A stretch of 64,000 bases of DNA, taken from assembly GCF_009914755.1 (NCBI RefSeq), contig NC_060933.1, one strand, 5' to 3'. The stretch is from the human T2T-CHM13v2.0 reference genome, Homo sapiens. The translations under genes were made by a program, and so were the position numbers. Positions 1 through 14,250 of the stretch are shown here, in pieces (position 1 is the stretch's first letter; every line of letters starts with the position of its first letter). The notes below the pieces were generated by a model. That model made no database searches, was not told where the DNA came from, and was given only the letters and a program-made list of their open reading frames with translations.

Positions 1-1372
1 TCACTTTTGTGTTTCAAGTTTCTTATCCATCTGAAAGCCATATATTTGGGTTAAACCAAATTATTAGCAATAGGTATCTTTGTAGAATTTCTAGTAGTTT
101 GGAAGGAGTTGAATGTACTAGAATCATAGCACGTATTTCAGCTGCTTTATTAGCAGTCTAGCTAAGGGGAGTTTATTGTTCCAGTTTTAGTCATTATAAT
201 ACAGCCCTGTTTAATATTGCATGATCTGTGGGTTGCCATAAACTTGGTACAAATTGGAGTGCTGATATAACATGAAATGAAGCGCCTTGTCTGAATGTTG
301 CTTTTGTTTTGCATTTAACAAATTAGTATGTTGACATTTGTCACTGATGGATTTCATTATTTGCTGAAAGGGTTTTAGGGGGTTTGACAGCATGAATGGT
401 TTGTCTTACAGACTTTTGAGAATTGATAAAAGCATCTTTGTTCTTTGTACAAAAGCACAACAGATATCGTATTGATGGACACACAAAAAGGGATGGCTTG
501 TGTAGCTGCAACATAAAATAAACCAAGAAAATAATTTTCGAGTTGCTACTTACTCTTTTATGTGATTTCTTCTTCTCATCCTTTTTTTCCTGATAAAAGA
601 ATGAGTTTCGTTCATCTCAATAACAAGCTCAAGAGCAATCAATAATCTTTCAGTAAAATTAAAATATTGGCTTCTTTATGCTCCACTTACATATCGTTTA
701 AGGAGGATTATTTTAAAACATTATAAACACAGTTATGGTTCAGATTGCATTAAATAACTGTTCCACGTCCTCAGATAACAGAGGTGAGATGGGGGAGCAG
801 GAAACTAAGAGTTCCGTAAAATAAGGAAAAGGACTAAAATTTTGATTTCAAATTCTAGTTTTATCAAAATGGTAAATATGCATGTTCTTCTGTCATTTTT
901 TTTTGTTATATTTAGAGGGATAGCCTCATCATTCAAATGTACCTTCCTGTACATATCATGGAGCCCTTATTGGAAGTTGCTCACCTCACGCTTTTGCCAC
1001 AATCTTGTTAAAATCTGTTATAAAGTATGCTCTGGGAAACACATGCACACACACTCACACTCACAGAGGACTTCCAGTAAAAGCCTTGCTAGAAAGCTAC
1101 AAACAATGAAATCTATCAATGATCAGATGATAACACCCATCACTAACAACTGCCAACACTCAGACTAAAGCAGTCAAGACACTGAGGGAACCATCCATCA
1201 TCCCTGTCATTTCTGCAGGGAGTGCAGAAGGGGCTGGGGGGAGGGGGCCGGGGCCCTGTAGTGGACAGAAGTGACAGCAGATCATGCAGCAGAATGCAGA
1301 TCCAAACATGACCTCCAGTATCTACTGTGAAAATTTGTGGGAATCAAGACAGGGAAAGAAACGAATAACTTA

Positions 1373-2035
<663 letters not shown>

Positions 2036-2039
2036 TATT

Positions 2040-2188
2040 TTTGTTTATTGAATGTCTCTTCCTGCTACACTGTGACCTCCCTAAGGACCCCAGTCCACAT
2101 CAGTTTGGTTTGCTAATGTATCCCAAGCCCCCAGGACAGAGCATGGCAATGTAGGCTCTCAGTTAATATTTGCTGAATCAATGAATGG
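2040..2188 (+). mobile_element. L2 LINE 3' end
   Basis: Ends ...ctcagttaatatttgctgaatcaatgaatg, a typical L2 tail. Confidence 0.7.
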
Positions 2189-4089
2189 TGCAGCAGCACT
2201 GTCCACCTTCTATGTCCTGTTTGCCCAACCCAGTCTTGGACTTAGGTGTGTGTTCCCTGAATGGAATCACCTGGTGACCCACAGACACAGAGCTGTTCCC
2301 CCCATGTGTACATCCAGCTGATACTAGAAAGGAGAGGTGGGCCCGAGTTTTGGCTCTGCTGCATCACTGGCTTGCTGTTCCAGGTCTGAATTTTCCTCTT
2401 TCTGAGCCTTTGTTTCTCACCCGAAGGGAACAAAAGGCCACCACCCTCACAAAGCTGTTGAGATTCAATGAAAAAGAGAGGAAAGATGGATATGAAGGGC
2501 CCCTAGAAATAAGGACATTACTAATTTCCTAAGGAAAGTACAGTCTTATGAGTGACATCACCGTATTTTAAAATCAGACACATTGGTTTCCTGCAGACAC
2601 AGGGAAGACCCACACCTGCAGGCATGTGTGGAGCATGTGAACAACTCTGCTCTTTGATTTTGGCATGCTGCTTCTCGGGCTTCTCTAGAAAGGAGAAAAC
2701 TGAAGAACTGAGAGACCCAGAGGCTGGTGTCCAGATCAAGTGCAGCTGCCATGTTTCAAGGAGAGCCGTCTTCTGTGTGTACACAGTGTTGGCCTCAGAG
2801 ACCAGCCAGGAGAAGGCTGGCTGGGCACAGAGTCAAGCATCAGGGCACAGAGTCATGCATCAGGTTGTTTTCCGTGGGAAAAGGTGTAAGGAGGAAAGGG
2901 CTGCCTGTTTTTTTGCCCCTTTACACACATGCATGTGTGCACACACATGCACACCCTCCCCCACACCAGTCTTCCCCAGAGCCTCTTCCAAAGCAACATC
3001 TCCAGCCTCGGGGTATCAACATTAGAGTGCAGTTCTCCTTCCAGGCATCTGGGAGCCTCCCTTGCAGCAACCCCTCTTCAGACTAGAATTCGAGGCATGT
3101 CCCTCTCAACAGCTGACCAAGGTGCAGGCAGCTAGCTAGCTTTGTGAAGGCAGCGTGGCCTACAGGGTGGGCTACCCTGCAAATTTAAGGGCAAGATTAG
3201 TCCCCAGTCTTCGCTGGGCCTCTTTCCTCATTTGCTCTCTGGAGGTGGAGGTTACTCTAAGTGCCCTTCAAATTCCTTTCCAGCTCTATTCTTTGAACTG
3301 CTGGTTTCTTCCTTTCCAACTTATGGAAATTATTTTCCTCACTTTTCCTGAGAGGGGAAGTATAAGACACCAGGCTGTCTCTGACAACTGCCAAAGTGGC
3401 CGTTTTTTAATGGAAAGTCAGCTTCCTTCTCAGGTTGCTTAACAGAGCAGAAGCTTCTCGAGAACAGAGAAGCCTAATGTTTCCCTCTGGTTTTTTGACG
3501 TCAGTTGCCTGTGGGTGGGTTCCCATCCGCTGCCACCTCTCCAACCACACTAAATTTTATTGCGCAGATTTTAAAAACACACCTTGGTGTGGCAGGCCAC
3601 CGAAAGAAGCGATTTAGCCCAGGAGCCCTGCTGTTAAGCTGTGGCAGAGAGAGCTTTGGTCCAGTCTCTGACTGTGCCAGGATCCCATCCCACAGAGTAA
3701 ATCCTCCATCCTCCCCTTGTTGGCCCCTCACCAATAAAAGCGGAATGTTCACTTTACACTATCTCCTGGGGGATTTGAAGAATCAATTCTGAACACTGAC
3801 TTGAAAGCACTTATCCCTCTAAGAGTATAAGAAGTGGGGAAGGGAAAAGGGAGCTAACATTTGTGGGATGTTTGCTGCGTGCCAGGTACTGGGCTGGCTG
3901 CTTGACTTTCATTCTTTCCTTTAACTCTGCTTTGTAATCATCATACACAAAACCGTCAAATGGTTTAGGCTGCTGAGAGTCTAAAGCTTATCAAGAAGAC
4001 AGTGACCATGCAGAGGTAGAGAGGGGAAACCAGACCTCCCATAAACCCCCAGGAAGCTAAATATCTTTGGCATACTTGACACCACCCAT

Positions 4090-4660
4090 GCAAAGTTTAA
4101 AAATCTAATTATGTCCATTTGCAATGCACAGATAAGGGGCACTGGAAATATATTCACCAATACAAATATGTTGGTGCTTTCAAATGTCAGAAGAGTTCAG
4201 CCGAGTGCTGCAAATCTCGTCACTGATAAATAACAGACATGTTCATCTTATTCCAATATTTTCCTTTCTAACTTAAAAATAACTTTGTCATTTCTCCTAG
4301 TATGTTTTGAGGTGATTAGTCTTAAAATGTGTCATAGGTGGTAAATTCAGGAGAACTGAACTTGGCCTCCAAAATAAGCAATGTTCCCCATGACATTATG
4401 GAATAAAAACACACACTTGCTTTGGTTTTGCCTGGTTTGAGGCTTCATAACGTGAGCAGCGTTCACAGTGAGTCCGTGAATGGAAATCACGCCACACAGG
4501 AGCTGTGACTCAGGCCTGTTCTCCGAAGGGGTGAGGTGATGGCTATTAATATTTAATTTCATATACTGTAGTGTTTGCAGAAGCAAACATGCTGTAGTTA
4601 AGGTTACGCGCATTGAGCGTCAGCATAATCCAGTTTTTCTTTCCGCCAGGCTTTTTTCAC
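4090..4660. promoter_or_regulatory. Candidate intronic enhancer
   Basis: Repeat-free. Contains GATA motifs (AGATAA, TGATAA), MEF2 consensus TTAAAAATAA at 4273, AP-1 TGACTCA at 4506, inverted forkhead pair at 4572-4589 and retained CpGs. Confidence 0.35.
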
Positions 4661-6156
4661 ACAGATGTGTTCAACCCAAAGGTGAATTTTTGGAGCCTTA
4701 AAAAAAAAAAAAAAAAAAAAAAAAGAATGAGAAAATTTGAAAACAATTAGGTAAACCATTATGGTTATACAACTGTGAAAAGATGACAGCTTTTATACTT
4801 AGAAAATAGTATGAAATGTTTTCTTTTCTTTGTTTGTTGTTATTTTCCTCTCACATGAAACTGGTCAACCAACCACCAAAACAAAGAAAAGGAACGATGA
4901 GGCTGAAACTTAAGGGTAGCCATTTGTCAGCAGAAGTAAAGGCCAAGTATTCCCAGAGAGAAGGCATCGCAGTCAACTGCTGTGACGTGTGTGACGTCCA
5001 TCTCAAAAGCCTGTGTGAATGTAACTACACAGGGTGGCATACGCTGATGTCTGCCCTAGATCCCCACAAGCCTCTAGCTTGGGGTGAGTCACCAGTTTCA
5101 GGCAAGGGGTGTCTGTTGGTTCTGAGGTGACTGGGCCTTTGTAAAAGAGCTTTGAAGGAAATACCTTGCAGACTTAAACGGCTGTCATGAGTCCGCCATG
5201 GCACACAGCAGCTCCCACCCCATGGATGAAGGCTGCAGCTCCCTGGGTCTTGCTTTCTCATCTGAGAATGGGAGGGGGTGGGGCCTCTAAGAGCCCTTCT
5301 GGATCGAGTGTCTGGGGATTCCAGAACCAGCCCCACTCCTTCCCAAGGTTCAGCGCTAGCACATCCATACTCCCCAGACTGTCTCCCCCATTTCGGTTGC
5401 GGCAAGACTGCTGTGAGCCAGAGCTATGCAGGCGTTTGAATCGCGGGTCCCTGCCTAGATGGACACTTCTTCCCCTTAACTAGTTTTCTCCCTGGCAGCC
5501 CTCCGTCCATTCTCACCTTTCCTCCTCACCTCTAGTCCTGCATTAGAAGCAGCCGGTTCTCCTTCCCAGAGCCCTCCCTGGCAGATTGTGAACCGACTAG
5601 GCCATGCCTCTTCACCTGTGGAGAGTGGCTCTGAAGCAGGGTACTCTCTCTTACCCTGGGCCCTGCACTCCAGTGCAGAAGCATCCAGCACCTGTGGCAG
5701 ACTGGTCATCTGAAACCTTGCTACCCGGGTAGGACCCCAGCTTCCTTGTCCTCTGGCTTCCGAGCGAGGACTGGGTCTCGGGCAGCCTTGCAGCACGTAG
5801 CACATCAACCGCGGATCTTCTTGGGCTCCCTCAAGGGTGGGACCTAATGCTACTCCAGTCTCCCTGCTGTGGGCACGCCTCTGCCTTTGCTGTTGACTTG
5901 AGGATGTGCTTTTAACCTATTGCACCTGGCTTCACACTGAGTGGGCAAAGGACAGAGGGCCCACTGGTCGAGGGTCCAGCTCTTTCGGAGGACAGCAGGA
6001 CGTCTTTTGCCCCAGGGCCATCCTCTGCACTTTTATATGATGAGGTGCAGCAGTGTTTCTAATTCTCTGTTGCTTGAGAAGTATGGACATTTCCCTAGAT
6101 CTTTTGGCAGTTCCTAACACATCTGCAGAGAAGGATCTTGGGGGAGGGGCCAGTCT

Positions 6157-6235
6157 ATTAGGATGAGCCATATGAAATTGCCCATTTTTTGAAGTTGGAA
6201 AGGGTCACTTATTGCATTTTATGTAGTTCAACTTA
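6157..6235. mobile_element. MADE2-like mariner MITE
   Basis: About 80 bp with degenerate terminal inverted repeats (ttaggatgagccatatgaaattgc ... ttttatgtagttcaactta). Confidence 0.65.
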
Positions 6236-7339
6236 AAGGTCAAAAAGGTGGAGGAATGTCTGGGCCTCCTCGTGATGTTATGTTTACCTAATAAGCATCC
6301 TGGGGTTTTGCCTAGGGTTTATGATACAGTATCTGTGTCTATAGCAAAGAGTATTATTGTAGATACTGTCATTACTACTTAAGGTATTATCACTACTGCT
6401 ACTTGAGCTCACTTTAGAAACAATTGATAGAGATAGAGGGAAGACTGTCTATCCCCTGGAAGACCCCAGTACCTCAGTCCTGGGCCCTGGTCTTTCCCTT
6501 TGGAACTAGTGGTTTAAAATGAGCTCTCCTTTACCTCCATTCTTGTCTTCCCTGCTTTGAAACAGGACACCTCTGGCCAGTGGGCTTCCTTTTGGAGATA
6601 AGAGATGTTGGGTGATCAATGGCCTCAGACAATGTAGCTGTCACAGTTTCATTTTTAAAATGTCATGGTGATAAAAACAGCCATTTGCTAATAAAAAGGG
6701 TGGGATTCATTGCCTAGTGGCATTCACATCCATGCTGTCATTGTCTAACCCAGATTTCTCAGAGCAGCCACTGGCTTGGTGTCGTAGCTGAATGATGTCA
6801 CTTCAAGCATCACGTAATTTTCCAGCTGGCTAGGATGGAAAAGGGGTTTATTATTGTGGCATGTTTTTCACAGCGTCTGAAAAAAAGTGAAGCAGACAGG
6901 GATATATGACAGGATTGGTTCTGTTTTTACAGGTGTGTCTGAAGCATACAAGGTACCTTTCACTTGCAATAGAAATGTGACTCTATGGCAAAAGAAATTT
7001 TTTAAAAAAAGCTTTTCTCAAGAGATTTTAAATATATAATACATAATTAGTGTTGGAAATTGGCCTCGAATACATTAAACTCAAAAGACTAGGAGGTGGG
7101 CTGCCCAGACCCTGGTCTCAGTTCTGTCCCTACTGACAGAGCTCTAACTTCATCTTTGCCTCAGTTTCTCCATGGAAAAGATGGACCTCCCAGGGTATTT
7201 GTCTGTTTTTAACTTTTCATTGCAGTGTAAAACAGAAAAGTATACATCTTAGCATACAGCTTGTTGGATACAAACTGTAGACATCCCTGTCACTAGCACC
7301 CTGACCAAGAAATGCACATAACCAGCACTCCAGAAGACC

Positions 7340-7514
7340 CCTGTGCCCCTTCCAGTCAACCACACACACAAGGACTTCCAGCAGCATAGATTTCAGCCCA
7401 GTGAGACCTGTGTCCGACTTCTGACCTGACGAACTGTAAAATAATAAATTTGTGTTGTTTTAGGCCACCGTACTTGTGGTGGTTTGTTGCAGCTGCCCTA
7501 GGAAACCAATGCAC
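7340..7514 (+). mobile_element. MLT1 (MaLR) LTR 3' fragment
   Basis: aataaatttgtgttgttttaggccac...ggaaaccaatgca is the MLT1 3' terminus. Confidence 0.75.
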
Positions 7515-7879
7515 TGATGCTGCTGGCAAGAGGGAGAGCCAGGAGTTGACCCCCAGCTCTGTCCCCAAAGACCGAGTTCTTAAAAACCACTAGAATAGAT
7601 AGTACCGCTCTTAGCTTTGTTAGGTGTTTGGTCATTGGTGAGGGTATGAAGGTAAAATGAAAGTGCAAGTGCCAGCCAGCGTGCAGTTAAGTTGGGTACT
7701 AGGTAGCCAGTGTCTTTGAGGTACTCTGACTTGCCCAGCCCCCGACCCCCATGCTCAGAATGTCCCCTGCCTGGAAAGAAGGAATGTGATATGTTACTAA
7801 CACTTCAGTGTGAGTTGAGTGCGTTATCTCTTCCTAAAGTATTTGCGTTCTAAAAGATGACCTAAGTGATGACTTTCTG

Positions 7880-8375
7880 CTATTTATGAGAAAGAGGGCT
7901 ACACTACGGTGCCATGGCTGACCGTGTGAGACCCAATTCCTTGTCCATCTTCCACTACAGAGTCAGAAAACACCAAAAAGCATCTTTCCCATGCTGCCTT
8001 AACAGCTAGCAGAGACTAAAGAGTAGGAATCTCGGCTATGGGCTCCCTGGGAAAAGTTGCTTTCCTGATGAAAGGGATCGTTGTTGCTGGCACAGCGCGT
8101 TTCTTCCATGTTAAACACGAACATGGTGCATGAAGGTGTAGTGGTCAACCCGTGAGCATGAGGGGCAAGCATGAGGAAAGAAGTGCACACAGGAAGGATG
8201 GAGAGTGGGAGTATAGCAAGTCCTCCAGCTCCCGCTGCACTGCCAGTCACTGCACCAGCCCCAGCAAGGTCTTGTCACTCCAGTGATATTGTTTCAAGAA
8301 AGGAAAAACCTCTCCAGTGTGTGCCAGTGTTCATTGTATTTTTTGTTACTTGCAGCTGAATACATTCCAAACAGA
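7880..8375 (+). mobile_element. Old MLT1 (J/K-like) LTR
   Basis: Ends ...ttttgttacttgcagctgaatacattccaaacagac, typical of old MLT1 subfamilies. Confidence 0.55.
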
Positions 8376-9875
8376 CCCGGGTGCCTTTCAGATCACAAAA
8401 AGGTAACCACCTAGGAATGGGGACATGGGCAGGCAGAATTCTTTAGAATGAAAGGAATTCCTGGGATCCTTGCCCACATTTTCACCACGGTGAACACATG
8501 CAAAGAATGATGAGTCAAGGGAACCATCCAGAGAAATGGGATTGAGCTGTAGATATCCAATAAACCTGATGCATTCCATTTGGGGAGAAGAAATAGAAGG
8601 CTCATAATTTTAAATGGAAAGGTTAGTTAAAATCAGGAGACTTTGGAGAGACTTTGGAGAGACTTTTATTTGTTTATTTTTGTTTCTGGTGAGGTTTATT
8701 ACCTTTCAGAGGGACATGCTGTTAAGTTGAATACCTCTGAGGATGACCATCTGTCACATATTTTCCAGGACCACCCTGGGAAATAAGAAGGATATTGTCT
8801 CCTTATCTCGACAAGCGTGCCATGGTGGTCTATCCATGGAGTCATAATTTGAGATTAGGAAATATGCTGTTATTCTTAAAAGTTCAATTATTTATGAATC
8901 CCCAATAGCCAGGTGATCCCTTATACTTAGTGGCATTTATTGATGCAGATGAGTACTTTGAAAAATTAAGAGAGACATTTACTTTTTAAGCTACCACTAA
9001 GACGGTCTCTGACCGGATAAAGATAACTTGAGCAGGCGAATTTGTTTAACAAAGGTGGTGACATATATTGTGGCAGCTGAATGCCCCCTTACAGCCAAGG
9101 GAGAACAATCAGTGAATTCATTCGTTTAATTCATGAATTTTCCTTCTATTTACACTTTAAACAAACATGCCAGTTGTTTGCTTAGTTAACAAGCTCTGCC
9201 TTCATTATAAGCCATTAGTGGCTAGTAATAACTGAAACTGTGTTTGGATTTCACAAATACAATAAACCCAATTAATTTCACCCTTAGTAATATGGAATTT
9301 GTCTGATCAACCTGAGCTAGGCAGAAGTTTGTGTCTTTGCCCTTTGCATGAAGGGTTTGCTAAATCATCTTATAGCCATAAATAGGAATTCTTCATAAGA
9401 AAAACTAAACAAAACAGCTTAAATCCTAATGCTTCTAAGGGGCCAGGCAGCAATATAAATTAGTGAATGGGTTGGATAGAGCATCCTCTAAGAAACACTT
9501 GGTCTACTTTTGATGGAGACATGGATGTAAGAAATATTTCACTTTTTAATCCTGTGATAAGAAGGAAAAAAACCACACACATGATTATAAATGACAAGGA
9601 GGCTCAGCCAATGGCAGGGAGACGGGAGGGAGAAGTTGGGACCACAGCAAACTGGAGAGCCCAAGCCCTGTCTGAAAGGACCAGCTCCGATTCAGCTGCA
9701 GTTACTACATAAGAATGCAGGCCTGTGATGAGGGACTCCAAAGCAGGTTTTGCCTGCTTCTCGGATTTCACCAGGATGAATCATAACAGGGACCTGATAA
9801 AATCCTATCTTTGAAATGCTCTGTAATGCTTATTATTGTTCTTAGGAAATGATAAAATATTGCCCTTTGGCATTA

Positions 9876-9878
<3 letters not shown>

Positions 9879-9916
<38 letters not shown>
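9879..9916. repeat. (GT)n microsatellite, about 19 units
   Basis: Uninterrupted GT run. Confidence 0.97.
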
Positions 9917-9920
<4 letters not shown>

Positions 9921-10096
9921 ACAGGATAAATATGTGCCCACTTCTAAAAAAGACCTGGGCCTAGTGTGGCCACATCTTTCAAATTTTTAATGTAATGTCA
10001 AAATCTGGATTTCTGGATAAAATCTTCCCATTTATAAACTTTGGCAATGAGTTTTTGCTATTTAAGCTGATGCTGTGCAGCCACCACAGTGCAGAT

Positions 10097-10392
10097 CAGC
10101 AGCTCTCAATGTGGTCTCTGGACCAGCCACATTAGCATTACCCGGGAACTTCACAGAAATGCAGGTTCCTAGGCCCTACCCAGGCCTACTGAAACAAACT
10201 CTCTTGGGGTGAGGCCCAGAGATCTGTTTTAACAAGCCTTTCAGGTAGGGCTGCCAGCTTTTAGCAAATATTTCATGGAACATACACCAAAAAATTATTC
10301 GTTGTTTATCTGAAATTCAAATTTGAGTACGTGTGCTGTTTTCTTATCTAGCGGACCTACCTCCCGGTGCTTCTGATACCCGCTGGTGTTGA
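10097..10392. mobile_element. MER5A (hAT) with a nested, internally deleted MER53 (10246-10359)
   Basis: MER5A text (gaaatgcaggttcctaggcccta...ttttaacaagcc) is interrupted by tagggctgccag...ggaccta. Degenerate 8-bp target duplication ctttcagg/cctcccgg. Confidence 0.75.
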
Positions 10393-10424
10393 TCAAGCAA
10401 AACATGTGTATGAGCCAGGCTGCT

Positions 10425-10635
10425 TGTGTTTGAATCTGCTTTGACACATATTAACTCTGGGATTTTAGGCAAGTGACATAATTTCTGTGTGGCTTGGTTT
10501 ACTTACATGTAAAATAGGCACGATAATAATTTCTTCCTCATGGGGTGGTTGCTGGAATTGAATGAGTTAACGAACATAAAATACTTAGAACTTTGCCTGG
10601 GAGAAAATAAACAATATATGTGTTTAGTATCATCA
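10425..10635 (+). mobile_element. MIR SINE
   Basis: Core-like text ggcaagtgacataatttctgtgtggcttggttt...tgtaaaatagg. Confidence 0.65.
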
Positions 10636-10809
10636 TTTTATTTTTTCTTTTCTTTCTGCTCTAATCATCACCGCTCCTGCCACCACGCAGCCATCAGGGA
10701 ATATGAGAACTCATCTTCCTTCAATTCTTTTTTCCTGGATCTAACTTTGATTTAGCAGAATTGATTCTAACGTGCTATTCCCCAAGGCCACTCTGTTGCT
10801 TGTTCCTAC

Positions 10810-10993
10810 CCAGAGTTACCCTTCCTTTGAAATCTGGTTGACAGTATGGCGGTCTGGCAGGGAACCCGCTCTTGCCTCCACCCCGACGTCCTGCTGCCTG
10901 ACCAGAGTTACCCTTGCTTTGAAATCTAGTTGACAGTGTGGTGGTCTGGCAGGGAACCCACACTTGCCTCCACCCCAATGTCCTGCTGCCTGA
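10810..10993. repeat. Tandem duplication, 2 x 92 bp
   Basis: ccagagttaccctt...cctgctgcctga at 10810 and 10902; 8 mismatches, no indels. Confidence 0.95.
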
Positions 10994-11785
10994 ACTCTGT
11001 CAGCCGGCAGTGCCTCTGTTGCGCTCAGGCCTCTTGTTGTACAGACCAGCCTTGCTACTTCGTGTCTGCTTTCACCAGCCCAGCAGGGCAAGTCAACAGC
11101 TTCCTGACCCTACCTTGGATTTTCAGATTTGCAGAGGGCCTGACTGGGGCTTGGCTTCTTGCTGTCAGTTGGGGAAACAATGAATGCCTTCCTCACCAAT
11201 TGAATTCTGAGTACACTTTAGGAAATCCCCACAACTTTTTCCAGACAAGGAACATGAGAAGATTTGATTTGTGGACCCAAAGAGTGTATTTCAAAGCAAA
11301 GCAGTCACCAAACTGTCCTTGCTGAGAATGGCTGCAAGCTGCCCCAACGTGTCCCTCCATAAAGCAGCCCTCCAGGCCTCCACACCGCCACACGGGACAG
11401 ACTTGTGCTCGCTGTGAAAACCACCAGGATGAGCTATTACGGCTCTCAGTTGTGCCATTTTATTGCTGTTCTGGAAATGGAGCAAAACACATTATTTTAT
11501 TAAATAAAGATTTTCCCTGTATCACAGTGGAGGCTAATTTTATTAGCTCTTTTTATGGGAACAAACATCATCGCCCTGATTGGGGAGGACGGAGGTGGGG
11601 GCCGTGGGGAGGTGAGGGAGTGGAATCACATTTTGTCATCTGCGTGCTCCAATGAGGCTGCCGACATGTTTTAGTTGGTTACTCACATTAATTACTTACT
11701 TACCAGAAGAGTTCCCCAGATCCTGCAGAAAATACACAGCTTTCATTCATAAGTAATTTATAGATGATTCAAAAGACATGTTCAG

Positions 11786-12090
11786 GGCCAGGCTCATGCC
11801 TGTAATCCCAGCACTTTGGGAGGCCGAGGCGGGCAGACCATGAGGTCAGGAATTCAAGACCATCCTGGCCAACATGGTGAAACTCCCGTCTCTACTAAAA
11901 TACAAAAATTAACTGGGCATGGTGGGGCACACCTGTAGTCCCAAGCTACTCGGGAGGCTGAGACCAGAGAATTGCTTGAACCCGGGAGGTGGAGGTTGCA
12001 GTAAGCGCCAGTGCACTCCAGCCTGGGCAACAGAGCGAGACTCCCTCTCAAAAAAAAAAAAAAATTAAATAAATAAATAAATAAATAAAT
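11786..12090 (+). mobile_element. AluS-type element
   Basis: Dimeric Alu with A/(TAAA)n tail; 14-bp TSD aaagacatgttcag (11772 and 12091). Confidence 0.95.
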
Positions 12091-13049
12091 AAAGACATGT
12101 TCAGTTACAATAAATATTTGTTCATATTGTGTGGGTATGGGTGTGTCCCCTGACAACCAAAATCTATAGTCTCCAAAATGTATAACTAAATGAACAGAAT
12201 GTTCAAAATTTGTTCAAAAACAAATTTTTTGTTCTCATCTATGAGATTCTGGAATGTTTAAGGCAGAACATGTACTGTCACATTGAGAGAGGGAAAGGAG
12301 TCCAAATCTAGTTGAAAAACTGAATAAAATACTGTTTCTCCCTCTGATTCTTTAGCTTTGAAACCTGAGACTTTCACATGCAGCTTTTTTGATGACCATA
12401 ACCGGCAGAACCTGCCCCCACCCCACCCCCAGGCTAAGGCAGAGCAGCTGAGGCAGGTGAGGCCAACTCCTGAGAGTCAGACAGCAGTGCTGCCCTGTTC
12501 CGTATGCAGGGCTGAGGTCTCCACAACGTTCTCTCGGGATGTGTTGCCCTGGGGTCAGAAGGGATGTATCCGCTGCTCTGCTGGTCAGTAGCTGAGCCTT
12601 CTGTATGGTCTGCAGAGCTGCCACTGAGCCAGAGGTGGTCTCTGTGTTTCCTAGACTCAAGGTGGTCTCCATGTTTTGTCGTTGCCATGCTGTTTTTCCT
12701 GCTAGCAATAGGCCACAGCTAACGCTAAAGCAAATGGTGAAGCTGGCTACAGTGTTTTGTGTCCCCAGCCTCCCCTTCCGCCCTCATGCCTCTCTCCTCC
12801 CCAGTGTCGTCTGTGCTGTGTTTTGGAGCCTTTCCCTGGCCCCCATGAGCACCCACCTTGAACCTTGCTAGGATCCAGGTATCTGTCATTTACATCTCCA
12901 TGTGACATGAAACCATAAGCCTCCTCTGAGAGCACTTAGAAGTTAAACCAGATCATAAAGCTGGAGCTCCTAGCCTTGGCATCGTTGTTTGCTTCCCTGA
13001 CGTAGCTGCCCACTGCCCTATAGTATCACTGCTACTTCCCTAACCTCAG

Positions 13050-13380
13050 TTTCTCTCTCCTTCATCTTGTTAGCTGCCTCCCCAGCTTGTCTTCTGCATC
13101 CTTCCCTTTGTTGTCTGTCCTTCCTATTTTCTCTGTCTCCCTCCTTTTGTTACCTATATCTGCTACCCTCAGCCTGTTGGCCTCTTTTGTAATGAGCTTC
13201 CTTCGTCTTATTTTCTTCCCTCATCTTTCTATCTGCTTCCTTCATCTCCATCTTTATTTCCCTCATCTGCTCCCCCAGCTCCTTTCTCTGCTTCTTTCCT
13301 TGTCTACTTCCCTCATCTTTTTATCGGTTTCCCCATCTCATTCTCTACGGCCCTAATTTTGTTATCTTCTTGCCTCCTGT
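13050..13380. repeat. CT-rich low-complexity tract
   Basis: About 330 bp strongly biased to pyrimidines on the + strand. This produces the spurious Ser/Leu/Phe ORF 13087-13356. Confidence 0.8.
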
Positions 13381-13899
13381 AGCTCTTTGAGTTTGTGACC
13401 TGCTTTAAACCATCTCTACTTGAAAAGAATACCAGGCTTTAGCAAATATAGGTGAGAGGTGGAGATCAGGGAGAGGTAGACTTGTGTGTCACCCTCCTGG
13501 GGACTGACCTAAGTACCTTTGTAAGGGCTTGTCTAACACATGCCCCTGTGACCCACTGGGGACTCCCAGCGTAGGACAGGGTTATGAGGAAGTAGGCATT
13601 GCTCTTCAGGGGCATCAACAGTGGAGTAGTGATGCCCCCCTATGGCCTCTGTACCCTTATTTCTTACCTTCCTTTCACTAGGAGGAGGCCTGCTCACCTT
13701 GGGCCAGTTCTGGCTATGATGTAGATTGAGGGAACAGAGGTCTCAGGACGTGGTTGATAGCTTCCCATTGGTGCCTCCTGAAGACAGAGCTCCTGGGAGA
13801 GTAGTGAGCATGAAGCCCATGGGCTTGAGCTGGCACAGAGGGACGGGAGCCCAGAAGCCACAGGTCTAAACCCAGTGACACTGGGCAGAGTGGATCAGA

Positions 13900-14125
13900 G
13901 TGAGGCTTTAGAGTCCAGACTGTGTGAGCTCCAGTCCTGGCTCTATTGCTTGCCAGCTGTGTGACCTTGGGCTAGTCAGTCTGCCTCTCTGTACCCACTT
14001 TCCTCACGTGTAAAATGAGATAATGAAATTGAATAATAGTAACATCCTGAGGTTGTGGGGTAGAGCAATGAGATGGCATGTGTAAAATACAGTGCCTGGC
14101 ACGTAGCAAACACTGAGCAGTCAGT
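13900..14125 (+). mobile_element. MIR SINE
   Basis: ggctttagagtccagac...tgtgtgaccttgggc...tgtaaaatgaga...gtgcctggcacgtag. Confidence 0.8.
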
Positions 14126-14250
14126 CTTCAGAAGGAGAAGATGTTTGGGTACAAGAATAAGGAATGTGGCCCTGGGGCTTTCCTCAGTCTCTCTGCCGTA
14201 GTCACATTTGAGTCAAAATTCATTTAGGCAAATGAGTGGATGTTTTACTA

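Noticed and set aside
4700-4723. Isolated A24 tract as a processed-pseudogene tail
   Set aside because: No AATAAA 10-30 nt upstream, no flanking TSD and no coding remnant seen.
4816-5130. Cys-rich ORF (CCDVCDVH...CEC) with a GGG|GTGAGT donor at 5084
   Set aside because: Weak acceptor, no known zinc-finger spacing, and not part of the AOPEP protein as I recognise it.
10246-10359. MER53-derived miR-1302-type hairpin (also 62026-62163)
   Set aside because: Both copies have lost most of one arm, so a long hairpin cannot form.
13087-13356. Hydrophobic, membrane-protein-like ORF
   Set aside because: Translation of a CT-rich low-complexity tract.
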